Shown piece after piece: positions 45,674 through 55,880 of a stretch of DNA of 63,656 nucleotides. The stretch's first letter is position 1. Every line of letters starts with the position of its first letter. The notes beneath the pieces are model-generated. The model had not been told where the DNA came from and searched no databases. It saw only the letters and a list, made by a program, of their open reading frames with translations. This DNA is from a virus (Duplodnaviria > Caudoviricetes), in IMG/VR virus record IMGVR_UViG_3300017771_003653, positions 1 through 63,656 of that record. The stretch is one strand, 5' to 3'. A program made the translations under genes and the position numbers.

Positions 45674-46063
45674 TTAAACGTTTATTATTTTATATAGTTT
45701 TGTTCTTATCACATTCAATCCTGCATCATTTGTAAGAAGCAGTGAATTTCTATAGCTTTCCCAGTTTAGTGAATAAGACTTATCCAATATACCGTTATTC
45801 TCTTTTCTTATTGCTTCATTTAAAGCATTGATTGTGTATAGTGTATTTGTCTCTTTCTTTCTATGGATTGCCATAGTCTTATTGTTCTGTATAAAGTCTT
45901 CTGTCTTCTCTACATTATAAGTAGATATTAACGAATTGCTGTCATCTACATTTTCAAAGACATATATTTTATTAAATACTATTTCTGATGCCATACTAAT
46001 TAATTGTATTGTGTCATCAAAATCTTGTTTTGTACAAAATGTGCATAATAATTGTGTTTTCAT
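45674..46063 (-). CDS. Hypothetical phage protein
   Basis: MKTQLLCTF...HRKKETNTLYTINALN; start refined to the ATG overlapping the NUDIX stop. Confidence 0.65.
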   Translation of the reverse strand: MKTQLLCTFCTKQDFDDTIQLISMASEIVFNKIYVFENVDDSNSLISTYNVEKTEDFIQNNKTMAIHRKKETNTLYTINALNEAIRKENNGILDKSYSLNWESYRNSLLLTNDAGLNVIRTKLYKIINV

Positions 46064-46467
46064 TAGATTAAATCCTTTAATCGTGGATCTGTTCTGTCTG
46101 GTAGTTCTTTGAACCACCGCACTTCTTCGTGCTCTAAACTTTTAGTTGGTATAACAGCCATCTTCATTCTTGTCTCGTAAATATAATAATTGCCATTTCT
46201 TGAATTTTTCTTTGTGGCTTTTAGTTCGACTGGACTGTTTAAATGAGATCCTTCTTTTTTGACGAGAATAGAAACTTCTTCTATTGTCTCTCTACATGCT
46301 GCATCGATTGGTTCTTCACCAGGCTCCACTTTACCTTTTGGTATTCCCCATTCATACGCATCAGTTGCATCTTTAACCAATACAACTCCTGCGATTGGAT
46401 CTCTTAAAATTATGCCAGCAGTATTCATTTCTTTCTTTTCTACTATTAAATCTTTTAATTTTATCAT
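46063..46467 (-). CDS. NUDIX hydrolase
   Basis: WGIPKGKVEPGEEPIDAACRETIEEV Nudix box. Confidence 0.85.
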   Translation of the reverse strand: MIKLKDLIVEKKEMNTAGIILRDPIAGVVLVKDATDAYEWGIPKGKVEPGEEPIDAACRETIEEVSILVKKEGSHLNSPVELKATKKNSRNGNYYIYETRMKMAVIPTKSLEHEEVRWFKELPDRTDPRLKDLI

Positions 46468-46718
46468 TTAAAGACTCCAGCTCCTTTCTTGCCAGTCGTC
46501 ATAATAAAATTAGTAAACCAGTTCTTTTCCTCACCCACTCTTTTAACTGCATCATATAACCCATCTTTACTAATCTTACTCTGCTTTGCGACATCATCTG
46601 ATATTTCTTTTAATTTTTCTTGTGACACTTTAATCTCATTGCTAATGATATAGTCCCAGACTCTTCCTGCAATGTTATCCCACTTTGCCTCTAACAATAT
46701 GTCTTTTAGTTTTATCAT
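46464..46718 (-). CDS. Hypothetical protein with MIKLKD..E leader
   Basis: 84 aa; N-terminus nearly identical to that of the NUDIX protein. Confidence 0.6.
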   Translation of the reverse strand: MIKLKDILLEAKWDNIAGRVWDYIISNEIKVSQEKLKEISDDVAKQSKISKDGLYDAVKRVGEEKNWFTNFIMTTGKKGAGVFK

Positions 46719-47929
46719 TATTCTAATTCTTTAAATTTAATTCCATTTTGACTAATTACAGAATAGTTAAAATTCTTACCTTTAGCAGGAATAACTTTCA
46801 TCTGGGGTGAGGACTTTCCTCTAAATATTACCCAGTATTTAGCTTGCCCGCCTTCTATAATTTCATCTATTGCTGATTGTATGTCTTTGTCAAATCCTTT
46901 TGGATCTCTTATATACTTTAATTTTTTAAGATAATTAAAAATTGTTGCTTGAGTTATCGAACCTTTTGAAGACGAAAAGTCTATTTTTACACCTGACTTT
47001 ATATCATTTGCATTTATTGGCTCTATTTCATACGACATCGGCTTAACACCTGGTCCTTGAAATATTACTTGGTTTACAGAATTATCAGATTCACCGAGCA
47101 AGCTAGACATTATTGTATAAAACTCTCTTGTCACTCTTGTGTCTTCTTTATTATATTCACCATTGACTATTTTTAATTGATTCTGTACTCTGTCTAGTAA
47201 ATAGTCTTTTAATTGAATTACTGGCGCAAATGCAGGAGATGATGCTGACAAAACATCCCACGCATCATCTGACTCCATCTTTTTTAATGTCTCTATTGTT
47301 CTTAAAACTTCTTTCCAAAAAGTGAATTTACTTACAGATGCTTCAACTCCTGCTCTTATTGCAGCACTATTATTTTTTGCTGTGTAGTCTTTTACTTCAT
47401 AATTTGTGTCTGCCTTTATATCAAAACTTGTATTCCCACCTTGTATTTCTCCGCCATCAATAACCCATGCTAAATAAATTTCTCCTTTACCAATACCTTT
47501 TGCGTCAATATCAAATATTTTTGTCTCGAGTCCGCTACTCAATGTTCTTGGCTTTATGCTTTTTCCTCTGCTTCCTAGACCTTTGTAAAATTGCTGAACT
47601 TCTTTTGAAGATAGCGTTCCTAGTACATTAATTGCTGCTTTTAGAGGTGCACCTGTTGGCAGCTTTTTATAAAAAGACTCAAATTTTGCTTTTTCACTGT
47701 CGCTTCCATTTTCTTCCCATATTGTAGCATTTTTAAATTTTGCGTATGATTTTGCTTCATTAATCATACTTTTGTCAAATAAGCTTTCTACGATTTCTGC
47801 TGGTACGTGTTTTTTTAGTTCTTCTTGAACCATATAAAGATGATATGAATCATCTAAGCTTACCATTCCGTTTGCTGTCTTTAGTGAGACTTTGTCAACA
47901 GCTTCACTTATAACTTTGTTAATGTCCAT
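46718..47929 (-). CDS. Hypothetical protein, possible PD-(D/E)XK nuclease fold
   Basis: GIGKGE...SFDI...YEVK pattern. Confidence 0.45.
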   Translation of the reverse strand: MDINKVISEAVDKVSLKTANGMVSLDDSYHLYMVQEELKKHVPAEIVESLFDKSMINEAKSYAKFKNATIWEENGSDSEKAKFESFYKKLPTGAPLKAAINVLGTLSSKEVQQFYKGLGSRGKSIKPRTLSSGLETKIFDIDAKGIGKGEIYLAWVIDGGEIQGGNTSFDIKADTNYEVKDYTAKNNSAAIRAGVEASVSKFTFWKEVLRTIETLKKMESDDAWDVLSASSPAFAPVIQLKDYLLDRVQNQLKIVNGEYNKEDTRVTREFYTIMSSLLGESDNSVNQVIFQGPGVKPMSYEIEPINANDIKSGVKIDFSSSKGSITQATIFNYLKKLKYIRDPKGFDKDIQSAIDEIIEGGQAKYWVIFRGKSSPQMKVIPAKGKNFNYSVISQNGIKFKELE

Positions 47930-49220
47930 TTATTCTCTCCGTTATATCTTGCATTTCCCCATAGTTTAAACCTGCTTTTACCTTAACAGGAAAGGAACCT
48001 GCATTTAATATTTTCTTTAACCGTAGTATCACTTCTAATCCCTCTGTCCTATCTAGATCAAACAGAAAACTATCATACGTATATAATATCATGTTAGTGC
48101 TACGAGACTTTAAAAAATCTTGTATTTTCCTTATAGTCTCTATATTCTGCTCCGTTTCATACGATTGAATAAAATAGTTCAATACTTTATTTTTATTTGC
48201 ATCAGGAACATTACTTGACGCAAACTGTCGTCTATAAATATGCGATTTAAAATGTTTATGCTTTTTAAAATAACCCCATAATGCATCTGACATTTTATCA
48301 ACTTTATAGAAAAACGGGTTTTCTTTTTCTGTTACCTTAACATTACCGTATAGTATTTGCCATGATATTCTTTTTGCTTCATCATATGAAGACTTGTAAA
48401 TTGTATCTGCAAAGTATTGGTGTAGTGATACATCAGAAGGCACATCATACTTCAATATCTTTGCCAAAAGCCTTAAATGATATGCATCATAATCAAATTC
48501 AACTAGCATTCCCGGTTTGTGTCTAGTTACTATTTGATTTCTAGTATCGTCATTCTTATTTAATGCGCCTAGATTTATTCCTCTAAATGTGTTTGAAGGC
48601 CTACCTGTTGTTGTCAATATATTAAAGTTTGAATATGCGTAACCATTCTTAAAAACCCTTTTGAAAGGACCCATTGTAATTTTAAGTCCTGACTTTTCTA
48701 ATGCTGCAAATGTCTTTAGTGATTTATTATATTTCAAGTACGGCTTTGTAATATTTTTTGGCTGGCTTATAGTGTTTAATTTAGATTCTGAATACTGTAT
48801 TACTTTTGTTAGCGGAACTAGTCTGTTAATACCTTGCTTCTTTGAAGCGCCTAGATGTTCAAAAACATACGGTAACACAGGCTTTTCTAATTTCTCATTA
48901 TTAAAGTAAGATAACAATTTACTATCATAACAGTTTTTTAATCCTGTTAAATGATAAAATTCTTTTGCATCATCTACAAAAAATCTTTTAACTTTGCTTA
49001 GATCTTGCAAGTCTATATCATTTCTCTTTGGCCAGCTTTCTGACTCTGTATGATCTAGTACTATATTATAGACTTCGCTGTTATATTTTATTGTTACTAC
49101 AATTGGATCACACTCTGCCGGGTGGTATCTAAAGTCATCAGATACTGCTGTTGCAAATACATTCTTATTGTTTAGTTTACTAACCAGATCTTTATATTGT
49201 TGTCTGCTTTCTATAACCAA
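47919..49220 (-). CDS. Compact family A DNA polymerase
   Basis: TTTGRPS, motif A FDYDAYHLRLL, motif B AKRISWQILYG, NYFIQS, motif C YTYDSFLFD. Confidence 0.85.
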   Translation of the reverse strand: MVIESRQQYKDLVSKLNNKNVFATAVSDDFRYHPAECDPIVVTIKYNSEVYNIVLDHTESESWPKRNDIDLQDLSKVKRFFVDDAKEFYHLTGLKNCYDSKLLSYFNNEKLEKPVLPYVFEHLGASKKQGINRLVPLTKVIQYSESKLNTISQPKNITKPYLKYNKSLKTFAALEKSGLKITMGPFKRVFKNGYAYSNFNILTTTGRPSNTFRGINLGALNKNDDTRNQIVTRHKPGMLVEFDYDAYHLRLLAKILKYDVPSDVSLHQYFADTIYKSSYDEAKRISWQILYGNVKVTEKENPFFYKVDKMSDALWGYFKKHKHFKSHIYRRQFASSNVPDANKNKVLNYFIQSYETEQNIETIRKIQDFLKSRSTNMILYTYDSFLFDLDRTEGLEVILRLKKILNAGSFPVKVKAGLNYGEMQDITERINGH

Positions 49221-49235
49221 TTGTATAACCTTTGT

Positions 49236-49271
49236 TTATATATATCACTTGTATTTGTGAAAAATTAAATT
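49236..49271 (-). promoter_or_regulatory. Putative middle promoter (class B) for the polymerase operon
   Basis: AATTTAATTTT-N15-ATATATATAA. Confidence 0.55.
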
Positions 49272-49273
49272 TG

Positions 49274-49834
49274 TTACTCCGCGTAAGTTGGATTCTGTAG
49301 CAATAATTCTCCTAAGTTTCTATCATCTTCAAACTTTGATTGGTGTAGCTGAAGTGTGGGAATTGCTTCTGATATTCCTAATATCTTTTTCTCTGCAATC
49401 CTTAACTGTTTAGAGTTATGTATTTCTGCTTGCTCTGTTGATCCGCCTATTTGCCATTCCAGCTTAACAAATCTATAGAGATTAGTTTTTGTAGGCTTTT
49501 CAATTTCAATAATCTTAGGTGTTTCTTCTAGCTTGCTTATTGCAAAATATCTTGTCATAAACAGGCTGTCAAATGGAAGATCTTTTTTTGTAGAATACTT
49601 TATCTTAGGATAGACGTCTCTATTTTTTGTAGGTTTGAGAAGGTAGTAAACTTCTTTATTAAGCTTTTTTAGCCTGTATATTATTTCATCTGTTGCTCTT
49701 AAAACATAAGTAGCAGATTTATCATCTTTGTAATAAATCATGTACTCTTGGCCTCTTCTAATTTGTATTCCTCTACTGTCGTAGAATTCACCTATTTTAG
49801 TTTTTAGAGGACCTTCTTGCATTTCAATAATCAT
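49274..49834 (-). CDS. Hypothetical protein (end of tail/baseplate operon)
   Basis: 186 aa ORF, start overlaps the upstream stop. Confidence 0.55.
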   Translation of the reverse strand: MIIEMQEGPLKTKIGEFYDSRGIQIRRGQEYMIYYKDDKSATYVLRATDEIIYRLKKLNKEVYYLLKPTKNRDVYPKIKYSTKKDLPFDSLFMTRYFAISKLEETPKIIEIEKPTKTNLYRFVKLEWQIGGSTEQAEIHNSKQLRIAEKKILGISEAIPTLQLHQSKFEDDRNLGELLLQNPTYAE

Positions 49835-52800
49835 TAATATCCTCCTGATCCTCTTGGTCTACCTGGAAATCTTGTTGCCCTACCTATATTCTGTGTTTCT
49901 TCAAATACATTCCTGTTGACATCTAATGTTTTGTCAGGATTCATAAAGTCATCTAAATTATCATATTCAAACAGTGTTGTATTACCAATGCTGAATGATG
50001 AATTACTATCTCCTATTCTATGATACGAGTCTTCTTCTGCAGGGTCATAAAAAATTGATTGTTTAATTTGATCGTCTGGCTCAATTATCACTACTTCTGC
50101 TGGTGCAGGATAAGAGTCATTAACAGGAGGTGGTCCTGGAGGTGCTCCTCCCGCAGCAGGTTGTGGTATTGGTGCTGGTGGTCCTATTGGAGGAATATCA
50201 GGCTCTGCTTTAATAAAATTGCTTATTTTTTCTTTGTATACTTGTCTTACTATATCTCTTGATTTTTTAGTTGCCTCTTCCTCATATACGTCATCTTTTG
50301 ACTTATTTGTGACCGCTGTTATCTGTGTATCCCATCCGTCACTACTTATTGTGTGGGTCAATCCCATTACAGAGAAATATGTTTTTGGCATAATGTCATT
50401 CGGCTTTACATAAGCAGGCTTTCTAATTGAGTAGTCTACTTGACCGTATATTTCTGGAAGATAAGATAATCTAAACATATCACCTGGATAAATACCACCA
50501 CAACCTTCTATTGTCATGTCAATGTTTATTGGCATTGTCAATGGCCCTTGATTGTTTGCAGAAAACCTAGTAAGTGGTGACTCAGTCAAGAACCATTTCA
50601 TTGCTCTTTTAAATGATTCAATCATTTCGCCTTCTGGGTTATAAGGCATTCTGTAGACTTTTTGTCCGTTTGGCTCTACATCATACATAAATAAATTAGA
50701 TATGTCTTCAGCCTTAGCTTTTCCTGCCTTTACTTGTTGCCATGCCTTAGTTTCTAGTTTACGCCTTTCTTGTTCGTGTTTCTTCTTAAATTGATCTAAA
50801 AATTTTGTTGTAGCTGCATTAGAAGATACTTTTTCTAAAATTGGTGGTATTGTATGGCTCCATCTATCTCCATTAGGTCCTGTAGCTGCAGAGTGTGAAA
50901 GTCCTCCTTTAGATAATTCTGGTGTAGACACTTCTATATGAGCAAATTCAAATGGATTTCCGTAGTCAGGATCTTTTGTTGCCTCTGTTTTGACTTGAAA
51001 TAGTCCTATATTTGCTGGATCTTGAAAGAATTCTCCTGCAGCTTTAAATTTATCTTCATCAACATCATCAGTCCCATCTTTAAAATATTTGCTTATTGCA
51101 TCTTCATTTGAGTCTTTTTCACCTGCCTGTCTAGCTCCTGTAAATCCTGCAGTAATCGCAAACTTATCAGGTATTGTTGACTGAAGTGATATATCTTTAA
51201 CTAGTGAATTAAAACCAAAGTTGTCAAATACGTAAGAATTTTTTGGGCTTGTGTCTGCAGCATCGCCTGTTTCAGCACCTTCTGAAGATTGTTCTGCAAC
51301 TACTCTAAATGTAGATATTGCACCTGTAATATTATCTGCTTTGTCAATAGTAAAATTCCACAACTTTACATCACCATTTATAACATTTGCTAGCTTTATC
51401 ATAGAGCTCTGTATCGTAGCACCTGATGTAGAGAACACAGATTTTATTTGATTTAAATTTATATAAACGTTTCTTAAGTAACCTTCTGTCTTCTTATCAT
51501 CTGTTGCAAACAAGAATCTATCTTCTGTTATTACTTCTGCCTCTATTGATTCTGCAAGAAGTCTGTATGCAGACTTTGTATCAGACTTTTCTCCTACTTT
51601 TGCAAAAAATGAAGAAGGAAATTGTCCTGGTAGAATAAATTTTGAAGGATCATAAGTGTAAAGTTCAGGGTCATTCTTTATTTTTACTGATCTTAGCTGG
51701 CCTACTGCTCCTCCTACTCTGTCCAATGATCTAAAGTCTGCAAGTACTTTTCCATCTGACTTATCCGATCTTGTGTAAAAAGACACGATATTGTCTTCAA
51801 ACCAACCCCACCTAACCCAGATTTCGTTAGAAAAATCTCTTGCTCTTTTTAGTGTTTGTGTTTCTTCACCATCATTATCTAATTCTTTCTCAAAAAGAAC
51901 AGGTCTGTCAGAACCATCTTTTCCTGTATCTCTCAATATTGCAACTACATTCTTATCAAATGACACAGCAACATTTACACCTTTATTCAGTTCTAATTGA
52001 TCATCTTTTTTATCTAAATAATTTTTAAAATATTTCATTAGAATTTCTATATCTAATGATGCAATTCTGTCAGGGAGACTAAATTCTTTTGTAAACTGCC
52101 TGCCTACTCCGTAATTATCGTTATTATCACCGTCTTTTGTCATAACGTCTTTTATTAGCTCGTCAGCAAATTCTTCAAATGTAGGCTGTTTTACGGGAAA
52201 TGTCTTTAATTCAGGAGGTGTGTTTTGTAGAGCTGTCAAAGACTTATCGAAGATATTTGATCCTCTCGATATCATTTCTGTTACACAATCAAATCCTCCA
52301 TCAGATCTTTGTGCCCATGTAAATTTTGTAATTGGCCCTATTAGTCCTGACCAGTCTCCAAAATATTCTATCTCTAATTTATCCCACTGAGCATCTACAG
52401 TTTTTCTTTCTACACCGTCTACAATATCTATTGTATCTTTAAATAAGTCTTGATTTATTTTCGCATGCTGACCTTCACCCATCATAAATTTTGGTATGTC
52501 ACCTGCTCTACCTGAAGGTTTTTGTGATCTTACCCAACCAAAGTCTAATATTATGTTTTGGCCTGATGAAAGAAAAGATCCTTTTTGATACATCTCTAAT
52601 TGTTCTAGTGTAAAGCATGTCCAATTTATAGTTGCTTTTCTAACAGCTCCACCGTATCCTGTATATTCAACAGAGACATTATTTATTCCTGCAATCGGTC
52701 TTATTCCTGGTACTGATACTTGTTGCTGATGAGGGTGATCATGTCCTTTGTTAGGTACTGTATCATAAAATGCATCAGCTGCGCCTTTTACCCTAGATCC

Positions 52801-53100
52801 TAATGACTGGAAGTAGTCTTCTCCTCCATCTGCACCAGGCACTTCTCCTGTAATTCTTGCATCATCAATATTAAACATTCCATAGATAATATTTGTCTTT
52901 CTTGTTCCTGGAGAGATCATTCTTATGTAACAATTCTTAGAAACTTGTCCTTCTCTTGTCAATACAAAGTCTTCACTTGCTTGAGATTCTGCTAACAGTG
53001 AAGATCTTAATTCTTGTCCAGCATACTCAGAAATTGCTTTAACGCGTGCATCCAAACCTTGCTTAATATTCGGGTGTATGTTGTGCCTAAAACCTGCCAT
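49834..53100 (-). CDS. Baseplate hub / tail-associated protein (gp27-like, inferred)
   Basis: Follows LysM gene; RKATINWTCF, LDFGW, MTIEGCGGIYPGDMF, HTISSDGWDT; Pro-rich linker near the C-terminus. Confidence 0.55.
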   Translation of the reverse strand: MAGFRHNIHPNIKQGLDARVKAISEYAGQELRSSLLAESQASEDFVLTREGQVSKNCYIRMISPGTRKTNIIYGMFNIDDARITGEVPGADGGEDYFQSLGSRVKGAADAFYDTVPNKGHDHPHQQQVSVPGIRPIAGINNVSVEYTGYGGAVRKATINWTCFTLEQLEMYQKGSFLSSGQNIILDFGWVRSQKPSGRAGDIPKFMMGEGQHAKINQDLFKDTIDIVDGVERKTVDAQWDKLEIEYFGDWSGLIGPITKFTWAQRSDGGFDCVTEMISRGSNIFDKSLTALQNTPPELKTFPVKQPTFEEFADELIKDVMTKDGDNNDNYGVGRQFTKEFSLPDRIASLDIEILMKYFKNYLDKKDDQLELNKGVNVAVSFDKNVVAILRDTGKDGSDRPVLFEKELDNDGEETQTLKRARDFSNEIWVRWGWFEDNIVSFYTRSDKSDGKVLADFRSLDRVGGAVGQLRSVKIKNDPELYTYDPSKFILPGQFPSSFFAKVGEKSDTKSAYRLLAESIEAEVITEDRFLFATDDKKTEGYLRNVYINLNQIKSVFSTSGATIQSSMIKLANVINGDVKLWNFTIDKADNITGAISTFRVVAEQSSEGAETGDAADTSPKNSYVFDNFGFNSLVKDISLQSTIPDKFAITAGFTGARQAGEKDSNEDAISKYFKDGTDDVDEDKFKAAGEFFQDPANIGLFQVKTEATKDPDYGNPFEFAHIEVSTPELSKGGLSHSAATGPNGDRWSHTIPPILEKVSSNAATTKFLDQFKKKHEQERRKLETKAWQQVKAGKAKAEDISNLFMYDVEPNGQKVYRMPYNPEGEMIESFKRAMKWFLTESPLTRFSANNQGPLTMPINIDMTIEGCGGIYPGDMFRLSYLPEIYGQVDYSIRKPAYVKPNDIMPKTYFSVMGLTHTISSDGWDTQITAVTNKSKDDVYEEEATKKSRDIVRQVYKEKISNFIKAEPDIPPIGPPAPIPQPAAGGAPPGPPPVNDSYPAPAEVVIIEPDDQIKQSIFYDPAEEDSYHRIGDSNSSFSIGNTTLFEYDNLDDFMNPDKTLDVNRNVFEETQNIGRATRFPGRPRGSGGY

Positions 53101-53101
53101 T

Positions 53102-53404
53102 CTATTTTAAGTTTTCAGAATTGAATGCTCTTAAAACTTCTCCTATGTCTGTAGGTATTCTTAATTGTGTTGCCGGATCTAGCCCTATATCTGATGGGTT
53201 TAGTCCGTTTGCCTTACTTATTATCCACCAATAATTAACGTCACCATAATATTTGTGTGCTAACAAGTCTAATCTTTCACCCTGAACAACATTATGCATT
53301 ATATCAGTATCTCTCTCTGGTATTGCAGGGTATAGTGTTGGCTTAAAGTATCTGTCTTTATTGCTTGATATTTTTATCTTTGTGTCTTTATATCTGTTAA
53401 ACAT
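53102..53404 (-). CDS. LysM/gp53-like baseplate wedge protein
   Basis: GERLDLLAHKYYGD..WWIISKANG...LRIP. Confidence 0.8.
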   Translation of the reverse strand: MFNRYKDTKIKISSNKDRYFKPTLYPAIPERDTDIMHNVVQGERLDLLAHKYYGDVNYWWIISKANGLNPSDIGLDPATQLRIPTDIGEVLRAFNSENLK

Positions 53405-53416
53405 AAGATCTCTCTA

Positions 53417-55879
53417 TTATATTACTGACTCACGATCTAAGAAAGCGCCTATTGGGTTTGATTCGTTCCTTAAAGCACCTGATTGTTTACCATCAGTATT
53501 TTGCAAGTCTTCGTAAGTTTGACCTGCTCCGTTGTTATTTAGCCATTTTAAGTTATAATGTGTACCTCTATTTAGTGGCAAATTATCGCCAATATATTGA
53601 AAACCAACAGATACATTTATTCGCTTTGTAAACATTAATCCAGCATCTGTTTCCCATGTACTATCTTGTGGAAATGATATTGAACACTCTGTCAAGAATC
53701 CCATTTGATCATGAATAATATCACCTACTGTCATTCTTATCATTGGCCCAGACATCCTGTAAAATGAGTCTAAATTTGGATAGCATAAGCCCACAAGATA
53801 ATTTACTTTCTCTAATAGTGCAGGAAATTCTTGTTTTGTCTTTGGATAAACAACAAAGCTAAATGATAGTGACCTCTCAGTCCCTTGATAGGTGTATGAA
53901 GATACTGGCCTTCCTACAAAAGATGTAGGACTCCAAGTAGGCTGAATTGAGTCTTCAATGTCTCCGTCAAAACTTGCCCTAAAAGGTATATCAGTATTAT
54001 TGTGAATGTCATAAAAATTTAACGGTATAAAGTCATTTGATGCCAATCCTATTGTTTGTGCACCACCTTCGTTTGGAGTGTTCTCTTTTCTTTCAGTAAC
54101 TTTTTGTGCGTTTACTTTGTCTACACCGTCATATAAAAGTTTATTGGCGTCATTCTTATAAACAAGTGCATCACCAAAAGTCTTATTACCTGGACCGTCT
54201 AAAAATCTTGCTTGAAGCCCTTGTCTTCCTATTGCATAAACTTTATTTCTGCCTTCTAGTCTTTTACCTTCCATTGGGAAAGCTACAGCATTTTCTCCTT
54301 CTGGTACATCATCTGCATGATCAAGTACTCCTGTATCTTTTAAGTTGATTTTCCACTGCTTGCTATTAAGCTCTTTAGGTGTGAGAAGGTTGTCTTCATA
54401 TTTATTTATTTGATCAAGTTGTTGATAGCCAAGTGTGCTATATTTATGTGCTAGTCCTTGTGAAGTCTCTTTTTCATATTTCTGTACATAATTTTCACCT
54501 TCTATAGATCTGTCTAATATTAGTTTTGTTGGGTCGTGGAAAAATTCTTTAACACGATCTTCATTATCAAAATCTTCAAATTTTTCTCTTAAACTTCCTA
54601 TAGGTGTTGGTTGTAATTTATCTTCTAAGCGATTATACTGCAAATTAGTTGCTTTAAACTTAGAATCAAAATAGTAATCCTCAGGCATTCCTTTTGATGC
54701 ATATCCTGCTTTTAATATTTTATCTCCACCTATCTCCAATTCTTCATTAAAAGCATCTTTGATATATTTTCTAGTTCCTAATACGGAAGCTGTTCCTCCA
54801 TGCCAGTAATTAGTTTCTGGCAGATAGGGAATTGAATTTACAACGTTTAAGGACGGTACAATTGGATTTATGAACTCATTTGCTGTGTTTTTAAATAATG
54901 AAAATGCTGCTGCCCAAAATCCACCAGGCCCTTGTTCAGAAGTATCAGTTAGTATAAAGTTTTTATATAGATAAAGCATTTTTGAATCTGTCTCTTGATC
55001 AAATTTATCTCCTTTCTGCTGCTTTATGAAAGACATGTCTGTGATAACATCGGCACTGTATGTATTAGTATCTATTCTTGGTGTATTCTTTAAATAAGAA
55101 GGCTTTCCAAATATTACACTTCCTATAGATACTCCTCTAACACCTGGATAAAATCCTGCTTGCAAGCCTATTGCATCAAATGTTCCAAATTCTGCAGGAA
55201 GCCCTTCAAATTGGTCAGCACTCGGATCAGCTGCACCTTGCATTACGTGATATAGTGCTTGTCTTGAAGTTCTCTTATTTATAAACCTATTGTACATATC
55301 ACCTGAATCCCTTACTAATTCTAAGTGTCTATCAGCTGATCTATCTGCATTGCTCCCTCCTCTTTGTAACTGAACAGTATACCCTATTAAAGGATTTTGA
55401 CCAACTGGTCTAAAAGGGCCTTCTTCTGCAGACTGTTGTCCAAAATAATAAGAGTTTGCCAGACTATCATCAAGTCCAGGATAACCCTCTAATTGAGGCC
55501 TTTTCATATAACTAAAAAGATCTTGATTGTCTACTGAATCTGCCCATGTAGATACTAAAATACTTTTTGACTTTAAATCATCTAATCCGCTAAATGAAAC
55601 AGAACCTTTTAATCCTGATATTGTTGCCTCACCACCTGCATGTGATATTGTATAGACTTGAGGAGTTGGTGGGTTTGTATCATCAAAAACTGTTGCTGCG
55701 GTGTTAACTGTTATTGGTTCACCAGGATTTAAAAATTGTTCTAGAATTTTATCTCTTTCACCAGTTACAGTTGTTCCGGAATGACCGTCATCAAATGTTT
55801 GTGCAGTATCAGTCTCTGCTCCTATTGAGTCATATCTAAAATTTCTTAACTTGGATGCGTCAAAGTCTTTTAAACTCAT
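53417..55879 (-). CDS. Baseplate / tail-tube initiator-like protein
   Basis: Between TMP and LysM; C-term IPFRA, W.P..FVGR, YTY..TERSLSFSF, LVGLCYP. Confidence 0.6.
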   Translation of the reverse strand: MSLKDFDASKLRNFRYDSIGAETDTAQTFDDGHSGTTVTGERDKILEQFLNPGEPITVNTAATVFDDTNPPTPQVYTISHAGGEATISGLKGSVSFSGLDDLKSKSILVSTWADSVDNQDLFSYMKRPQLEGYPGLDDSLANSYYFGQQSAEEGPFRPVGQNPLIGYTVQLQRGGSNADRSADRHLELVRDSGDMYNRFINKRTSRQALYHVMQGAADPSADQFEGLPAEFGTFDAIGLQAGFYPGVRGVSIGSVIFGKPSYLKNTPRIDTNTYSADVITDMSFIKQQKGDKFDQETDSKMLYLYKNFILTDTSEQGPGGFWAAAFSLFKNTANEFINPIVPSLNVVNSIPYLPETNYWHGGTASVLGTRKYIKDAFNEELEIGGDKILKAGYASKGMPEDYYFDSKFKATNLQYNRLEDKLQPTPIGSLREKFEDFDNEDRVKEFFHDPTKLILDRSIEGENYVQKYEKETSQGLAHKYSTLGYQQLDQINKYEDNLLTPKELNSKQWKINLKDTGVLDHADDVPEGENAVAFPMEGKRLEGRNKVYAIGRQGLQARFLDGPGNKTFGDALVYKNDANKLLYDGVDKVNAQKVTERKENTPNEGGAQTIGLASNDFIPLNFYDIHNNTDIPFRASFDGDIEDSIQPTWSPTSFVGRPVSSYTYQGTERSLSFSFVVYPKTKQEFPALLEKVNYLVGLCYPNLDSFYRMSGPMIRMTVGDIIHDQMGFLTECSISFPQDSTWETDAGLMFTKRINVSVGFQYIGDNLPLNRGTHYNLKWLNNNGAGQTYEDLQNTDGKQSGALRNESNPIGAFLDRESVI

Positions 55880-55880
55880 A

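Noticed and set aside
50095-50205. GC-rich low-complexity patch (GGT/GGA/GCT repeats)
   Set aside because: Encodes the Pro/Ala-rich linker of the 1088-aa tail protein; not a separate element
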